64,000 nt of DNA from Candidatus Latescibacterota bacterium (GTDB lineage Bacteria > Latescibacterota > UBA2968 > UBA8231), in contig CBDETY010000003.1 of NCBI GenBank assembly GCA_965243025.1, forward strand, positions 2,688,001-2,752,000. The letters are read 5' to 3'. A program made the position numbers and the translations under genes. The notes below the pieces were generated by a model. It worked only from the letters and a program-made list of their open reading frames with translations. It did no database searches and had not been told where the DNA came from. This document shows, in pieces, positions 30,853 to 41,519 of this stretch. Numbering within the stretch: the stretch's first letter is position 1; each line of letters opens with the position of its first letter.

Positions 30853-32226
30853 ATGGAATCGCCTCGCGCCGTTCAGGCGTACCGCGGCCCCCGGAGTTCC
30901 CGGAGGTTGCAAAGCCGGGGGTTCCTCGTTTTTGCGGCCCTGGCCCTGCTTCTGGCCCTGCCGGGGGCGGCCAGCGCAGACGAGCTCGACTCCGGCGACA
31001 CCGCGTGGATGCTGACGTCGACGGTGCTGGTCCTGTTCATGACCATTCCGGGGCTGTCGCTGTTCTACGGCGGGCTGGTGCGCACCAAGAACGTGCTGTC
31101 CGTACTGATGCAGTGCTTCGCCATCACCGGCCTGATGTCGATCGTCTGGGTCCTGTGGGGCTACAGCATCGCCTTCGACACCACCGGCATGGAAGCGGGG
31201 GTGATCAACTTCTCCTCGTTCGCCGGCGGCCTGTCCAAGGCATTCCTGTCCGGCGTCGGCGCGGACTCGATGTCCGGAACGATACCGGAGACGGTTTTCG
31301 TCACTTTTCAGATGACCTTCGCCATCATAACCCCGGCCCTGATCGTCGGGGCCTTCGCCGAGCGCATGAAGTTCACCGCGACGCTGCTGTTCATGGCGAT
31401 CTGGTCGACGGTCGTGTACGCCCCGGTCTGCCACATGGCCTGGAGCGGCGACGGTTCCTTCTTCGGCGACCGCGGGGTGCTCGACTTCGCCGGCGGCACC
31501 GTCGTTCACATCAACGCCGGTGTAGCGGCCCTCGTCGCCGCCCTCGTCGTCGGCAAGCGCCAGGGATACCCCGACAAGGTGATACCGCCTCACAGCACGG
31601 TGCTGACCGTCGTCGGCGCCTCGATGCTGTGGGTCGGCTGGTTCGGCTTCAACGCCGGAAGCGCGGTGGCCGCCGACGGCGCCGCGGGCATGGCGATGCT
31701 GGTGACCCAGGTTGCCACCGCTTCGGCCGCCCTCGGCTGGATGATCGCCGAGTGGATCAAACACGGCAAAGCCAGCGTGCTGGGCATGGCAACGGGAGCG
31801 GTCGCCGGGCTGGTGGCGATCACCCCTGCCTCGGGCAGCGTCGGCCCCATGGGAGCCATCGCAATCGGGCTGGCTTCCGGACTCATCTGCTTCTGGGCCG
31901 CCACGAGTCTCAAGCAGTCGCTCGGCTACGACGATTCGCTCGATGCTTTCGGCGTGCACGCGGTCGGCGGTATCGTCGGTGCCCTGCTGACCGGTATCTT
32001 CGCCGCCGAGAGCCTCGGAGGCATGGGGCTCGCAAAGGATTCGGTGGGAAGTCAGCTCGGCGCTCAGATCCTCGGCGTCGTGTTCACCATCGTCTACTGT
32101 GCGGTGCTGTCTTTCATCATCCTCAAGATCGTGGACGCCGTCGTGGGATTGCGCGTCTCCGACGAGGACGAGGATCGCGGACTCGATATCTCGCTGCACA
32201 ACGAGCAGGGATATTACCCGGACTGA
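30853..32226 (+). CDS. amtB: Ammonium transporter
   Basis: FYGGLVR.KN, FQMTFAIITPAL, DFAGGTVVH, WFGFNAGS and DDSLDAFGVH. AGGGAGG RBS before MESP. Confidence 0.97.
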   Translation: MESPRAVQAYRGPRSSRRLQSRGFLVFAALALLLALPGAASADELDSGDTAWMLTSTVLVLFMTIPGLSLFYGGLVRTKNVLSVLMQCFAITGLMSIVWVLWGYSIAFDTTGMEAGVINFSSFAGGLSKAFLSGVGADSMSGTIPETVFVTFQMTFAIITPALIVGAFAERMKFTATLLFMAIWSTVVYAPVCHMAWSGDGSFFGDRGVLDFAGGTVVHINAGVAALVAALVVGKRQGYPDKVIPPHSTVLTVVGASMLWVGWFGFNAGSAVAADGAAGMAMLVTQVATASAALGWMIAEWIKHGKASVLGMATGAVAGLVAITPASGSVGPMGAIAIGLASGLICFWAATSLKQSLGYDDSLDAFGVHAVGGIVGALLTGIFAAESLGGMGLAKDSVGSQLGAQILGVVFTIVYCAVLSFIILKIVDAVVGLRVSDEDEDRGLDISLHNEQGYYPD

Positions 32227-32338
32227 TCTCCGCGGGGAGCGCTGGCGTTGACGGGTCTCCCCCGGGTGTCACCCACGGATAGCACCAACAGGAAGCTCAC
32301 TCGCAAGTTGACGAGCGACGCAGGAAGGAAGGCAATAG

Positions 32339-32677
32339 ATGAAGCTGTTGAAATGCATCGTCCGGCCGAACGCCCTGGACAAGGTCAAGGAAGCCCTGAG
32401 CTCCCTCGGCGTCGTCGGCATGACCGTCAGTGAAGTAAAGGGCTTCGGACGGCAGAAAGGTCACCAGGAAGTCTACCGCGGCGCCGAATACCACATCGAC
32501 TTCACGCCCAAGCTCGAGATCGAGGTGGTCGTCGGCGACGGCACCGCCTCGCAGGCGATCGATGCCGTCAAGGAGGCGGCGAATACCGGCAACATCGGCG
32601 ACGGCAAGATTTTCGTCATGTCGGTCGACGAGGTTGTGAGGATTCGCACCGGCGAGACCGGCGAATCCGCCATATAG
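32339..32677 (+). CDS. glnK: P-II nitrogen regulator
   Basis: GFGRQKG, YRGAEY, GDGKIF and RIRTGE. Directly follows amtB. Confidence 0.95.
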   Translation: MKLLKCIVRPNALDKVKEALSSLGVVGMTVSEVKGFGRQKGHQEVYRGAEYHIDFTPKLEIEVVVGDGTASQAIDAVKEAANTGNIGDGKIFVMSVDEVVRIRTGETGESAI

Positions 32678-32700
32678 CAGAAGCGGCCTGCGGTAAAGCG

Positions 32701-32737
32701 AGAGCGGCTGCATCTTCGATGCGGCCGCTCTTTTTTT
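32701..32737 (+). terminator. Rho-independent terminator after glnK
   Basis: AGAGCGGCTGCATC-TTC-GATGCGGCCGCTCT followed by a T run. Confidence 0.85.
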
Positions 32738-32834
32738 GGCCCTCCCGGAGGGTCTCGTGGAACGCCAACAGCCTTCTCCCGGGCTATCCAGGGGCCCGGG
32801 CAGGAGTTATATTCAGCCTCCTCCAGCCCTCGAC

Positions 32835-34301
32835 ATGTCCGACAGCGTTCGCCACAACTGCGGTTTCTGCGTCGCCCACACCCTTCACGACGCCTACTCC
32901 TTCATACGCTCCCTCCAGCACCGGGGCCGGGAGGCGGCGGGCATCGCGGCAGTCGGAGAATCCAGCATCGATGTAATCAAGTGGGAAGGGCCGGTCGACC
33001 GGTTCGACGTCACCGACCTGCACAAGATCTTCCCCAGCCCGCGCTATCACACCTACATGGCCCACATCCGCTACGCCACCAGCGGGCGCAAGGACGAGAT
33101 CCTCAAGGACGCGCATCCCCACACTCTCGGCGGCTACGCCGAAGACCGCGGGACCCACCTGTTGATACGGGGATGCGAGATCGTCGCCGTGCACAACGGA
33201 CAGGTCGAAGAGGGCTATTTCTCGGAAGTCGACCTGTCGGCGATGAGTTCCCGGTGCGACACGGAAGCCCTGCTCTACCTCTACCGCCGCGACGGCGAGC
33301 ACAACCTCCTCAAGGACGTCCCCGGGGCCTACACCATGGCGCTTGCCGACTGGCGCAAGCGGGACGTGCTCGTCATGAGGGATCGAACCGGCATAAAGCC
33401 CGGGGTTCTGGGATGGAAGGACGGCAAGTACGGCGTGGCATCCGAGGACATCGCCTTCCGCAAGAACGGCGGCGAATACATAGAAGACCTCGAACCGGGC
33501 TCGATCTACTACCTGACACCGGAAGGGGACTACAGCAAGGAAACCCTCGTCGAATCGAGTCCGTCCTACTGTTTCTTCGAGTGGAACTACATCGTAAACG
33601 TCGACTCGATCATCAACCACGTCGGCGCCCGCAAGATCCGCGAGTCCCTCGGGGAGATGCTGGCCGGGGAGTTCCGTCCCGAGGATGCCGACATCGTCAC
33701 CTTCCTGCCCAGATGTCCCGAGGTCGCCGGGCGCAGCTACGCCAAGAAGGCGGGACTGCCGTTCATGCACGTTTTTTACAAAATGCGGGGGGAGCGCTCT
33801 TTTCAGGGGTCGACCGCGGACGACCGCAGGAAGTCGATCGACGACAACCTTCACCTGCTCCCAGGCCTCAAACCGCAGCTGCAGGGGAAGACGGTCGTCA
33901 TGATCGACGACAGCATCATCCGCGGCAACAACTCGATTCGCGCCCGACAGCTACTCTATGAAGACCTGGAAGTAAAGAAGGCGTACCTGGCCAGCTACAC
34001 CCCGCCAATCGGCATTACAGGAGAGGACGATGTCCGCCGCGGTTGCATGTTCGGAGTGGACATGCCGCCCGACCCGCCCGAGGGAGAGGAGTTCATCGCC
34101 AGGGGGCGAACCCCCGAGCAGATCAGCGCGAAGATGGGGATGCCGGTGGTCTACCTCTCACCGCAAAGCATGCTGGCGGCCTTCCGTCAGGCCGGTATCC
34201 CGGAGACGAACCTGTGCACCTTCTGCATCGGGGGGTGTCACCCGTTCGCCAGGTTCGCCGCGCAAGCCGAGGCGAGCGACGGTCAGCTAGGCCTGCTTTA
34301 G
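32835..34301 (+). CDS. purF: Amidophosphoribosyltransferase-like protein (divergent PurF)
   Basis: Short propeptide then Ntn Cys (HN-CG). LQHRG, HIRYAT, HNG, PRPP loop IDDSIIRG and four putative Fe-S cysteines (CFFE, CMFG, CTFC). Confidence 0.8.
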   Translation: MSDSVRHNCGFCVAHTLHDAYSFIRSLQHRGREAAGIAAVGESSIDVIKWEGPVDRFDVTDLHKIFPSPRYHTYMAHIRYATSGRKDEILKDAHPHTLGGYAEDRGTHLLIRGCEIVAVHNGQVEEGYFSEVDLSAMSSRCDTEALLYLYRRDGEHNLLKDVPGAYTMALADWRKRDVLVMRDRTGIKPGVLGWKDGKYGVASEDIAFRKNGGEYIEDLEPGSIYYLTPEGDYSKETLVESSPSYCFFEWNYIVNVDSIINHVGARKIRESLGEMLAGEFRPEDADIVTFLPRCPEVAGRSYAKKAGLPFMHVFYKMRGERSFQGSTADDRRKSIDDNLHLLPGLKPQLQGKTVVMIDDSIIRGNNSIRARQLLYEDLEVKKAYLASYTPPIGITGEDDVRRGCMFGVDMPPDPPEGEEFIARGRTPEQISAKMGMPVVYLSPQSMLAAFRQAGIPETNLCTFCIGGCHPFARFAAQAEASDGQLGLL

Positions 34302-34328
34302 CCGAGGTTCCGCGGCCCGGTTTCCTTT

Positions 34329-34556
34329 TTACAAGTGCGCCTTGATCTCGCCGTGTTCCGGGAAGCGGTTCTCGGCGAGCTTCGAGAATACGAGCACACC
34401 GTCGACCGTCACCTCGAAACGGCCGCCGTCCGAGGGCAGGATCGCCACCTGAGACAGGTTCATCTTCCCTTCCTCGAGGATATCTTCCGCCAAACTGACG
34501 GCTGATTTGAGATACCCTCAAGAAGTGCAGTACTGAATCGATACTTCCCTGGCCAC
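34329..34556 (-). CDS. SelW/SelT/SelH (Rdx family) selenoprotein, 75 aa, UGA read as Sec
   Basis: Manual translation MAREVSIQYCTS-U-GYLKSAVSLAEDIL...LPSDGGRFEVTVDGVLVFSKLAENRFPEHGEIKAHL. AAGGAGG RBS. In-frame TGA at 34520-34518. Confidence 0.92.
34476..34520 (-). promoter_or_regulatory. Bacterial SECIS-like hairpin at and after the Sec UGA
   Basis: Lower stem GAGGGUAUCU/AGAUAUCCUC and upper stem CCGUCA-GUU-UGGCGG, with a G-starting apical loop 22 nt after the UGA. Confidence 0.75.
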
Positions 34557-34615
34557 GATTTCCTCCTTCGCGATTCGCGAGCTGCTCAACTGCGGATATG
34601 GCGGTTTGAACCTAA

Positions 34616-35671
<1,056 letters not shown>

Positions 35672-35951
35672 GTTCGGAGGGCCTTACCGGGCAATCCCGA
35701 AACCGCCGCTGCAAGCGGCCGGCCGGTATTGTCCGAGGGAATGATGCGTTGCAAGCCGGGTCCCGGCCGGCGCAAACGGTCCGGTTTGATTGGGGTATTC
35801 CGTGCGTCCTGGAGATGCCCTTGCGCCGCCCCTTCCCGTCGCCGCAGACGCCAATCTGAAAGGGCGGGCAATCCACCCGGTTTGAACAGCCGGAGGGAAT
35901 CCGGGAAGGAGCGCCAAGGTACCGCCTTTTCGGCGAACGACCGAAGGGGGA

Positions 35952-36806
35952 TCAGCAGGTGGCGCCGCGGACGTCGCCGCCGAAAACAGCCATTCTGTCC
36001 TCGGTCGTGGTCTCGGCGGTACCCCGAGGCCTGAAATGCAGCTGCAATGCCCTTCGCCGTTGACCGGACCGGTTCCGGGGACTGCCGTGGTGGGTCATGC
36101 CGTGCCAGAAGAGAACGCCGCCCGGTTTCAGGGGCACGGCGACGTCGCGCTCCACGGCGATTTCGGAATCGCATATCTGCCAGTCGCGGCGCCGGAAGTG
36201 GTTCAGCGGGCCCTCGCGGTGCGATCCGGGAATGACGTGCAGAGCGCCGTTGGCGATGGTCGCCTCGTCGAGGGCGATCCAGACCCCGACGACGGGAGTT
36301 CCGAGGGGCAGGTTGAAGTAGGCACAGTCCTGGTGCCACGGTTTTTCCCGCCCGATTTCCGGCGGCTTGAGGAGGGCCATCTCCTGGAACCGCTCCGGCT
36401 CGTCCCCCACCAGTCCGCGCACCACGTCGAGAATCGGGGGGTACTCCGCAAGAGTCTGCAAACGCCGGTCGTAGGAGACGAAGCTCATCAGTTTGCGGAC
36501 GCCCAGATGGCGCTGCTCCCGGCTCAGCTTCTTCTTGTCCCCGAGGCCGGCCTCGAACTGCAGGCCGCGAAAATCGGGGCGGCTTCCCTCGATCAGGTCG
36601 TCGATGGCGGTGCGGGCCGCAACTATCATCTCTTCCGGGCAGGTTCTCGCCACCGCGAGGTACCCGTTCGTCTCGAAAAACCGGCACTCCTCATCGCCGA
36701 CTTCCGAGATTTCGTCCGCGATTTCCGCTACCCGCGTTTCGGTGTAGAGGCCAGGGTTATGGTCGCGTATGCGCGATTCCCCTGGAAGTGCCGCCGCTCC
36801 TGCCAT
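35952..36806 (-). CDS. Phytanoyl-CoA dioxygenase (PhyH) family Fe/2OG enzyme
   Basis: KPWHQD, WIALD, NGAL..IPGSH and HHGS..N.S..RR. Confidence 0.92.
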   Translation of the reverse strand: MAGAAALPGESRIRDHNPGLYTETRVAEIADEISEVGDEECRFFETNGYLAVARTCPEEMIVAARTAIDDLIEGSRPDFRGLQFEAGLGDKKKLSREQRHLGVRKLMSFVSYDRRLQTLAEYPPILDVVRGLVGDEPERFQEMALLKPPEIGREKPWHQDCAYFNLPLGTPVVGVWIALDEATIANGALHVIPGSHREGPLNHFRRRDWQICDSEIAVERDVAVPLKPGGVLFWHGMTHHGSPRNRSGQRRRALQLHFRPRGTAETTTEDRMAVFGGDVRGATC

Positions 36807-36820
36807 CCGGACTGCCCGGT

Positions 36821-37057
36821 TCAGCCGGCCTCCCGGTCGACCGCCGGAGATTCCCTCGCTCCGGGGTCCCTGTACAGGATGGCCCAGGGGATGACGACAC
36901 AGTAGCCGAGGACCAGCAGGATGGGGGCCATGGTCAGAGAGAGGAATCCGTCCGCCGGCGGAATGCTCAGCAGGCCATACCCCACGGCGATGACAGCCAC
37001 TCCCCCGCCGAAGATGATCCAGTTCCGGTTCGTAAACGGCAGGTCGCGCCGGGCCAC
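36821..37057 (-). CDS. DUF3098-like small two-TM protein
   Basis: PFTNRNWIIF..G..LL and SLTMAPILLVLGY..IP.AIL. Confidence 0.7.
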   Translation of the reverse strand: MARRDLPFTNRNWIIFGGGVAVIAVGYGLLSIPPADGFLSLTMAPILLVLGYCVVIPWAILYRDPGARESPAVDREAG

Positions 37058-37063
37058 GGGACT

Positions 37064-37411
37064 CTACCTCTTTTCCTTGATCCGTGCCGAACGACCTTTG
37101 CGGGCCCGGAGGTAGAACAGGCGGGCGCGCCTCACTTTGCCCCTGCGGATCGGTTCGATCCTCGCAATCCTCGGAGAGTGCAGCGGGAAGATCCTTTCCA
37201 CCGCGATTCCCTGTGTAACCTTGCGCACCGTGAAAGTCTCGCTGATTCCCCCGCCGCGGCGCTGGATGACGTCCCCCTCGAAAACCTGGGTGCGCTCCTT
37301 CTCCCCCTCGATCACGCGCACGTGAACCCTCAGGGTGTCGCCGGGGCCGAAGTCCGGGATATCCGTCCTCATCTGCGATGCAGTGATTTCGCGCAGTATG
37401 TTCGTGTCCAT
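37064..37411 (-). CDS. rplS: 50S ribosomal protein L19
   Basis: [25 protein letters not shown] and [12 protein letters not shown]. Confidence 0.98.
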   Translation of the reverse strand: MDTNILREITASQMRTDIPDFGPGDTLRVHVRVIEGEKERTQVFEGDVIQRRGGGISETFTVRKVTQGIAVERIFPLHSPRIARIEPIRRGKVRRARLFYLRARKGRSARIKEKR

Positions 37412-37460
37412 GACGATCCTCCTACTCCTTTCGAAAAATACGGCCGGTTTGCAAATCGAA

Positions 37461-38225
37461 TCAGTCGGTCCGCTCGGGCCGGGTTGACGCCTGAGTCGAA
37501 CCGCCCGATTCCCGGCGCCATTCGTCGACCAACCGCCGTTCCTCCGGATCCAGCTCCGCCCGGGCGAGAATTTCGGGGCGGCGGTCGAAAGTGCGCCGCA
37601 GCGACTGCCGGCGGCGCCATTCCATGACCTTTTCGTGGTTGCCGCTCAGCAGAACCGCGGGAACCCCGTCGCCGCGGAACTCCGCCGGCCGCGTGTACCA
37701 CGGGCAGTCGAGCAGGCCGTCGTGGAACGAGTCGGAGAGGGCGGAGGTGAAGTTTCCGAGCACCCCCGGAATCAGGCGCACGACGGCGTCGATCAGCACC
37801 AGTGCAGCCGGTTCACCGCCGGTGAGAACGTAGTCGCCGATCGACACTTCGCGATCGACGAAACGGCGCGCTCTCTCGTCGATCCCCTTGTAGTGGCCGC
37901 ACAGGAGCACGAGCCGCTGTTCCAGCGACAGTCGTTCCGCCAGGGATTGGTTCAAGGGCTCCCCGTCGGCGGTCAGGTAGATGCAGTGACCCCGCCCGAG
38001 GTCCAGGGCTTCCCAGGCCGCCGCAACAGGCTCCGGTTTCACCACCATGCCGCCGCCCCCGCCGAAGGGGGCGTCATCGACCGTCCTGTGGCGGTCCCCG
38101 GCGTACTGCCTCAGGTCGTGCACGCATATCTCCGCACATCCTGCCGCGACCGCCCGCTGCAGCATGCTCGTCTCCAGGGGCGTCCTGAAGAACTCGGGAA
38201 AAATCGTGACGACGTCGATTCTCAT
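37461..38225 (-). CDS. trmD: tRNA (guanine-N1)-methyltransferase
   Basis: Start [44 protein letters not shown] and YTRP. Confidence 0.97.
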   Translation of the reverse strand: MRIDVVTIFPEFFRTPLETSMLQRAVAAGCAEICVHDLRQYAGDRHRTVDDAPFGGGGGMVVKPEPVAAAWEALDLGRGHCIYLTADGEPLNQSLAERLSLEQRLVLLCGHYKGIDERARRFVDREVSIGDYVLTGGEPAALVLIDAVVRLIPGVLGNFTSALSDSFHDGLLDCPWYTRPAEFRGDGVPAVLLSGNHEKVMEWRRRQSLRRTFDRRPEILARAELDPEERRLVDEWRRESGGSTQASTRPERTD

Positions 38226-38797
38226 TTTCTGTTGCGGCCGGTCCTGACCAGATCCTCGACCCCGGCTACCACCACGCGGCGCTCCGACACGAGCACCTCG
38301 GTGACGAAATCGCCCACCAGAGGAATCAGAACCTCTTTCTGACCGTTGCGGATCACCAGCAAGTCGGCCGAGGGCATCTCCTGCACGTCCGCAACCTTCC
38401 CCAGTTCGGAACCGTCTTCGTCCTCTACCCGGCAGCCGACGAGATCGAACACGTAGTAGCTGCCTTCGGGAGGATCGGGAACCTCCTCCCGCGGAATCGT
38501 CAGGTACCCCTTGGAGAGCTCCCCGGCTACTCTCTCGGGGCTGTCGATGCCGGCGAACTTCACCAGGATTCCGCGTCCGTCGATACGCCATCCCGCGATC
38601 CGCAGCCGCTTCGGTGGCTGTCCGGAACGCTCCAGGGTGACCTCTTCGACCTCGTCGAAGCGGTCGACATCCCCGGTCAGGGGCTCGACCACCGCTTCGC
38701 CGCGAACTCCTTTTGGTCGCACCACGTAGCCGATGGCAACGCGCTGCTGGACGGCTCCTCCCGCCTCCGTCCCTGCCTGGCCTTTGTCCGAGTCCAC
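38222..38797 (-). CDS. rimM: 16S rRNA processing protein
   Basis: IG.V..PKGVRGE, YYVFDLVG and EVLIP. Lies between rpsP and trmD. Confidence 0.95.
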   Translation of the reverse strand: MDSDKGQAGTEAGGAVQQRVAIGYVVRPKGVRGEAVVEPLTGDVDRFDEVEEVTLERSGQPPKRLRIAGWRIDGRGILVKFAGIDSPERVAGELSKGYLTIPREEVPDPPEGSYYVFDLVGCRVEDEDGSELGKVADVQEMPSADLLVIRNGQKEVLIPLVGDFVTEVLVSERRVVVAGVEDLVRTGRNRK

Positions 38798-38909
38798 GAT
38801 GGCCGCTATATCCGCTTACCGCCTGGCCGACACAGCGGCCCGGCCAACCCGCGCCAGCAGTCCGGCCACCCGGGAACGCCTCGCCCTCACCCCGGCGGGG
38901 CCCCTCGCC

Positions 38910-39308
38910 TCATTCGGCGCTGTCCGGCTCCTCCTGTTCAGCCTCGCCCCCGGGAGCCGCCTCGGCCACCGCAGCCGCCTCGACCTGCTCCGCCTGCGCG
39001 AGATTCCGGCGCCGTTTCGGCTTGTCCCTGGTCAGGGCTCCTTCCCGGACGGACCCTTCGAAACCGCGGAAACGGGCGAGTATTCCCTGGCTTTTCAACA
39101 GGTCCTGGACGGTTTTCGTCATCTGCGCTCCCTGTTTCAGCCAGTTGACGGCCGCTTCTTCGTCGACCTCGACGCGTGAGTGGACGGGATCGTACGTGCC
39201 CACCTGCGAAAGCGACCGGCCGCCGCGCGGAAGCGTCGAATGGATCGCCACTATCCTGTAAAAGGGCCGCCCCTTGCGACCTGTTCTTTTCAAACGAAGC
39301 TTGACCAA
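38910..39308 (-). CDS. rpsP: 30S ribosomal protein S16 with C-terminal extension
   Basis: VKLRLKR.G.K.RPFYRIV, GTYDP and WL..GAQ. AAGGAG RBS with TTG start. Confidence 0.97.
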   Translation of the reverse strand: MVKLRLKRTGRKGRPFYRIVAIHSTLPRGGRSLSQVGTYDPVHSRVEVDEEAAVNWLKQGAQMTKTVQDLLKSQGILARFRGFEGSVREGALTRDKPKRRRNLAQAEQVEAAAVAEAAPGGEAEQEEPDSAE

Positions 39309-39369
39309 ACGGATCTCCTTTTCTGCGATGGCGCGCCGCTCTCCATGGGGACGGCGCCAGGTGTATTCA

Positions 39370-40716
39370 TCACGCGAACCCTGCGGGCATCCGGAATCTG
39401 GCGGCGCCGCGCCGGGCGCGGCCCGGGCGGGTGGCCTGCCTCATCATTTTCTGCATCGCCTGGAACTGTTTCAGAAGCCGGTTCACGTCCTGGATCTTCG
39501 TGCCGCTGCCGCGTGCGATGCGCCGCCGGCGGCTGCCGTTGAGTATCTGAGGCTGCGCCCGTTCGGACCGGGTCATCGAGTTGATGATCGCCTCTACCTG
39601 AACGAACGCCTTGTCGTCAACCTGCGCCTCCTTGAGGGCATTGCCGGCCCCGGGAATCATTCCCAGCAACTGGTCGAGGGGGCCCATCTTCCTGATCGCC
39701 AGCAGCTGTTCCCGGAAGTCGTCGAAGGTGAACGCGTTCTGCCGGAGCTTCGCCTCCATCTTGCGCGCCTGGTGCTGATCGAAGGCCTGTTGCGCCTTCT
39801 CGACCAGGGAAACCACGTCTCCCATCCCGAGGATCCGGGACGCCACGCGCTGCGGATGGAACGGCTCCAGCGCCTCGACCCCCTCGCCGGCAGCGATGAA
39901 TTTGACCGGCCTCCCGGTGACCTCCCGGATGGACAGGGCGGCGCCGCCGCGGGCGTCGCCATCCATCTTGGTGAGAACACATCCGGTGAATTCCAGCCGT
40001 TCGCAAAACCGCGACGCGGTCTCGACGGCGTCCTGCCCGAGCATTGCGTCGGCGACGAACAGGATCTCGTCCGGCTCCGTCGCGGAGCGGATCGCAATCA
40101 GTTCGTCCATCATCCCGTCGTCGATGGCGAGACGCCCGGCGGTGTCGAGGATTGCGGCGCTGCGGTTTCCGGACCGCGCCCTTTCCACCCCCAGCCGGCA
40201 GATCTCGACCGGATCCCCGTTCCCTTCGGAAGGGCCGCCGAACACCGGCACGGAGAGCCCTTCGGCGAGGGTGCGCAACTGGTCGAAAGCCGCGGGGCGG
40301 TACACGTCCGCCCCGACGAGGAAGGGAGGCCGCTGTCTTCCCCGCAGGTGCGACGCCAACTTGGCCGCCGCCGTCGTTTTGCCGCACCCCTGCAGGCCGA
40401 CCAGCAGGATTACCGTCGGCGGCCGTTCCGACTGGGCCAGGGGGGCGCTGTCCCCTCCCAGCAGGGACACGAGCTCGTCGTGAACGATCTTTATCACCTG
40501 CTGGCCGGGGGTGAGGCTGCGCAACACCTCGCTGCCGACAGCCTGCTCGCGGACTCGTTTCAGGAAGCTCCTGGCGACGTTGAAATTGACGTCCGCCTCG
40601 AGCAGGGCGCGGCGGATTTCCCGCAGGGAGTCGTCGAGATCGCGGTCGCTCAGGCGCCCCTGCCCCCGCAGTTTGCGGAAGGCGTCGTCCAAGCGCTCTG
40701 TCAATCGGTCGAACAT
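39370..40716 (-). CDS. ffh: Signal recognition particle protein
   Basis: Start MFDRLTE. ALLEADV, GLQGCGKTT, DTAGR, TKMDGDARGG, RILGMGD and SRRRRIARGSG. Confidence 0.98.
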   Translation of the reverse strand: MFDRLTERLDDAFRKLRGQGRLSDRDLDDSLREIRRALLEADVNFNVARSFLKRVREQAVGSEVLRSLTPGQQVIKIVHDELVSLLGGDSAPLAQSERPPTVILLVGLQGCGKTTAAAKLASHLRGRQRPPFLVGADVYRPAAFDQLRTLAEGLSVPVFGGPSEGNGDPVEICRLGVERARSGNRSAAILDTAGRLAIDDGMMDELIAIRSATEPDEILFVADAMLGQDAVETASRFCERLEFTGCVLTKMDGDARGGAALSIREVTGRPVKFIAAGEGVEALEPFHPQRVASRILGMGDVVSLVEKAQQAFDQHQARKMEAKLRQNAFTFDDFREQLLAIRKMGPLDQLLGMIPGAGNALKEAQVDDKAFVQVEAIINSMTRSERAQPQILNGSRRRRIARGSGTKIQDVNRLLKQFQAMQKMMRQATRPGRARRGAARFRMPAGFA

Positions 40717-40765
40717 CGACCAAACCGGTCCGGATGAGAGAAAAACGAACTGGCAAAAGCAGGTG

Positions 40766-40794
40766 AATGTACGAGCACCGGGGGCAACCGGCAA
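40766..40794 (-). promoter_or_regulatory. Putative sigma70 promoter TTGCCG-N17-TACATT for the ffh operon
   Basis: Correctly spaced hexamers about 50 bp upstream of the ffh ATG. Confidence 0.5.
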
Positions 40795-40823
40795 TCTGCC
40801 AACCGCCGGAACCGCGGCGGCGT

Positions 40824-41519
40824 TCAGCCGCTTCCGCGGATGGCTCGGATGGCTGCGGCGGCGTCGTCAGCCCCGAAAACCGAAGAGCCCGCGACCAGGA
40901 GGTTCACCCCGGCATCGCGGCACTCCGCGGCGTTTTGCGGCGAGATCCCCCCGTCCATTTCGATCGGCACCGTCAGGCTGCGGGCCCGCATCCAGGCGGA
41001 CAGGTCCCGGGTCTTGGGGAGGACCTCGCCGCGAAAGGACTGGCCGCCGAAACCGGGCATGACCGACATGATCAGGACGAGGTCGAGGTCGGGGACGAAC
41101 GGCAGCAGCGCTGCGATCGGGGTGGCTGGATTTACCGCGACTCCGCAGCCGAGTCCCAGATCCCGGATGGCTCCGATCAGCTCGGCGGGGTCGGGCGCGG
41201 CTTCGAGGTGAACGGTCAGGGAATCGGCGCCGGCGTCCCGGAAGGGTTGGAGGAACCGCTCGGGGGAGCTGAGCATCAGGTGGGTGTCGAGCTCGAGGTC
41301 CGTGGTTCGGCGCACGGCCTCGACCACGGGAATCCCGTAGCTGAGGTTGGGCACGAAATGGCCGTCCATGATGTCGAGATGAAGGAAATCGGCGCCGCCG
41401 TCCTCCACTCTGCGGATCTCGTCCCCCAGCCGGGAGAAATCCGCCGCCAGCAGGGACGGTCCCACCTTGACTCTCGCCGGCTTCACGGCTGCATTCGCTT
41501 CCCGGTTCCCGGTTGTCAC
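40824..41519 (-). CDS. rpe: Ribulose-phosphate 3-epimerase
   Basis: PSLLAADF, HLDIMDGHFVPN, MSVMPGFGGQ, DGG and VAGS. Confidence 0.97.
   Translation of the reverse strand: MTTGNREANAAVKPARVKVGPSLLAADFSRLGDEIRRVEDGGADFLHLDIMDGHFVPNLSYGIPVVEAVRRTTDLELDTHLMLSSPERFLQPFRDAGADSLTVHLEAAPDPAELIGAIRDLGLGCGVAVNPATPIAALLPFVPDLDLVLIMSVMPGFGGQSFRGEVLPKTRDLSAWMRARSLTVPIEMDGGISPQNAAECRDAGVNLLVAGSSVFGADDAAAAIRAIRGSG

Noticed and set aside
34123-34521. 132-aa minus-strand ORF from the track
   Set aside because: Wrong frame. The real gene here is the UGA-recoded Rdx protein, and this ORF overlaps the purF-like gene antisense.
35672-35951. 280-bp intergenic gap as a possible ncRNA or small gene
   Set aside because: No convincing RBS-led ORF, riboswitch motif or stable terminator could be supported by eye.
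40717-40823. SRP RNA gene expected near ffh
   Set aside because: No SRP domain IV motif or long hairpin is visible. The gap is explained by a promoter.
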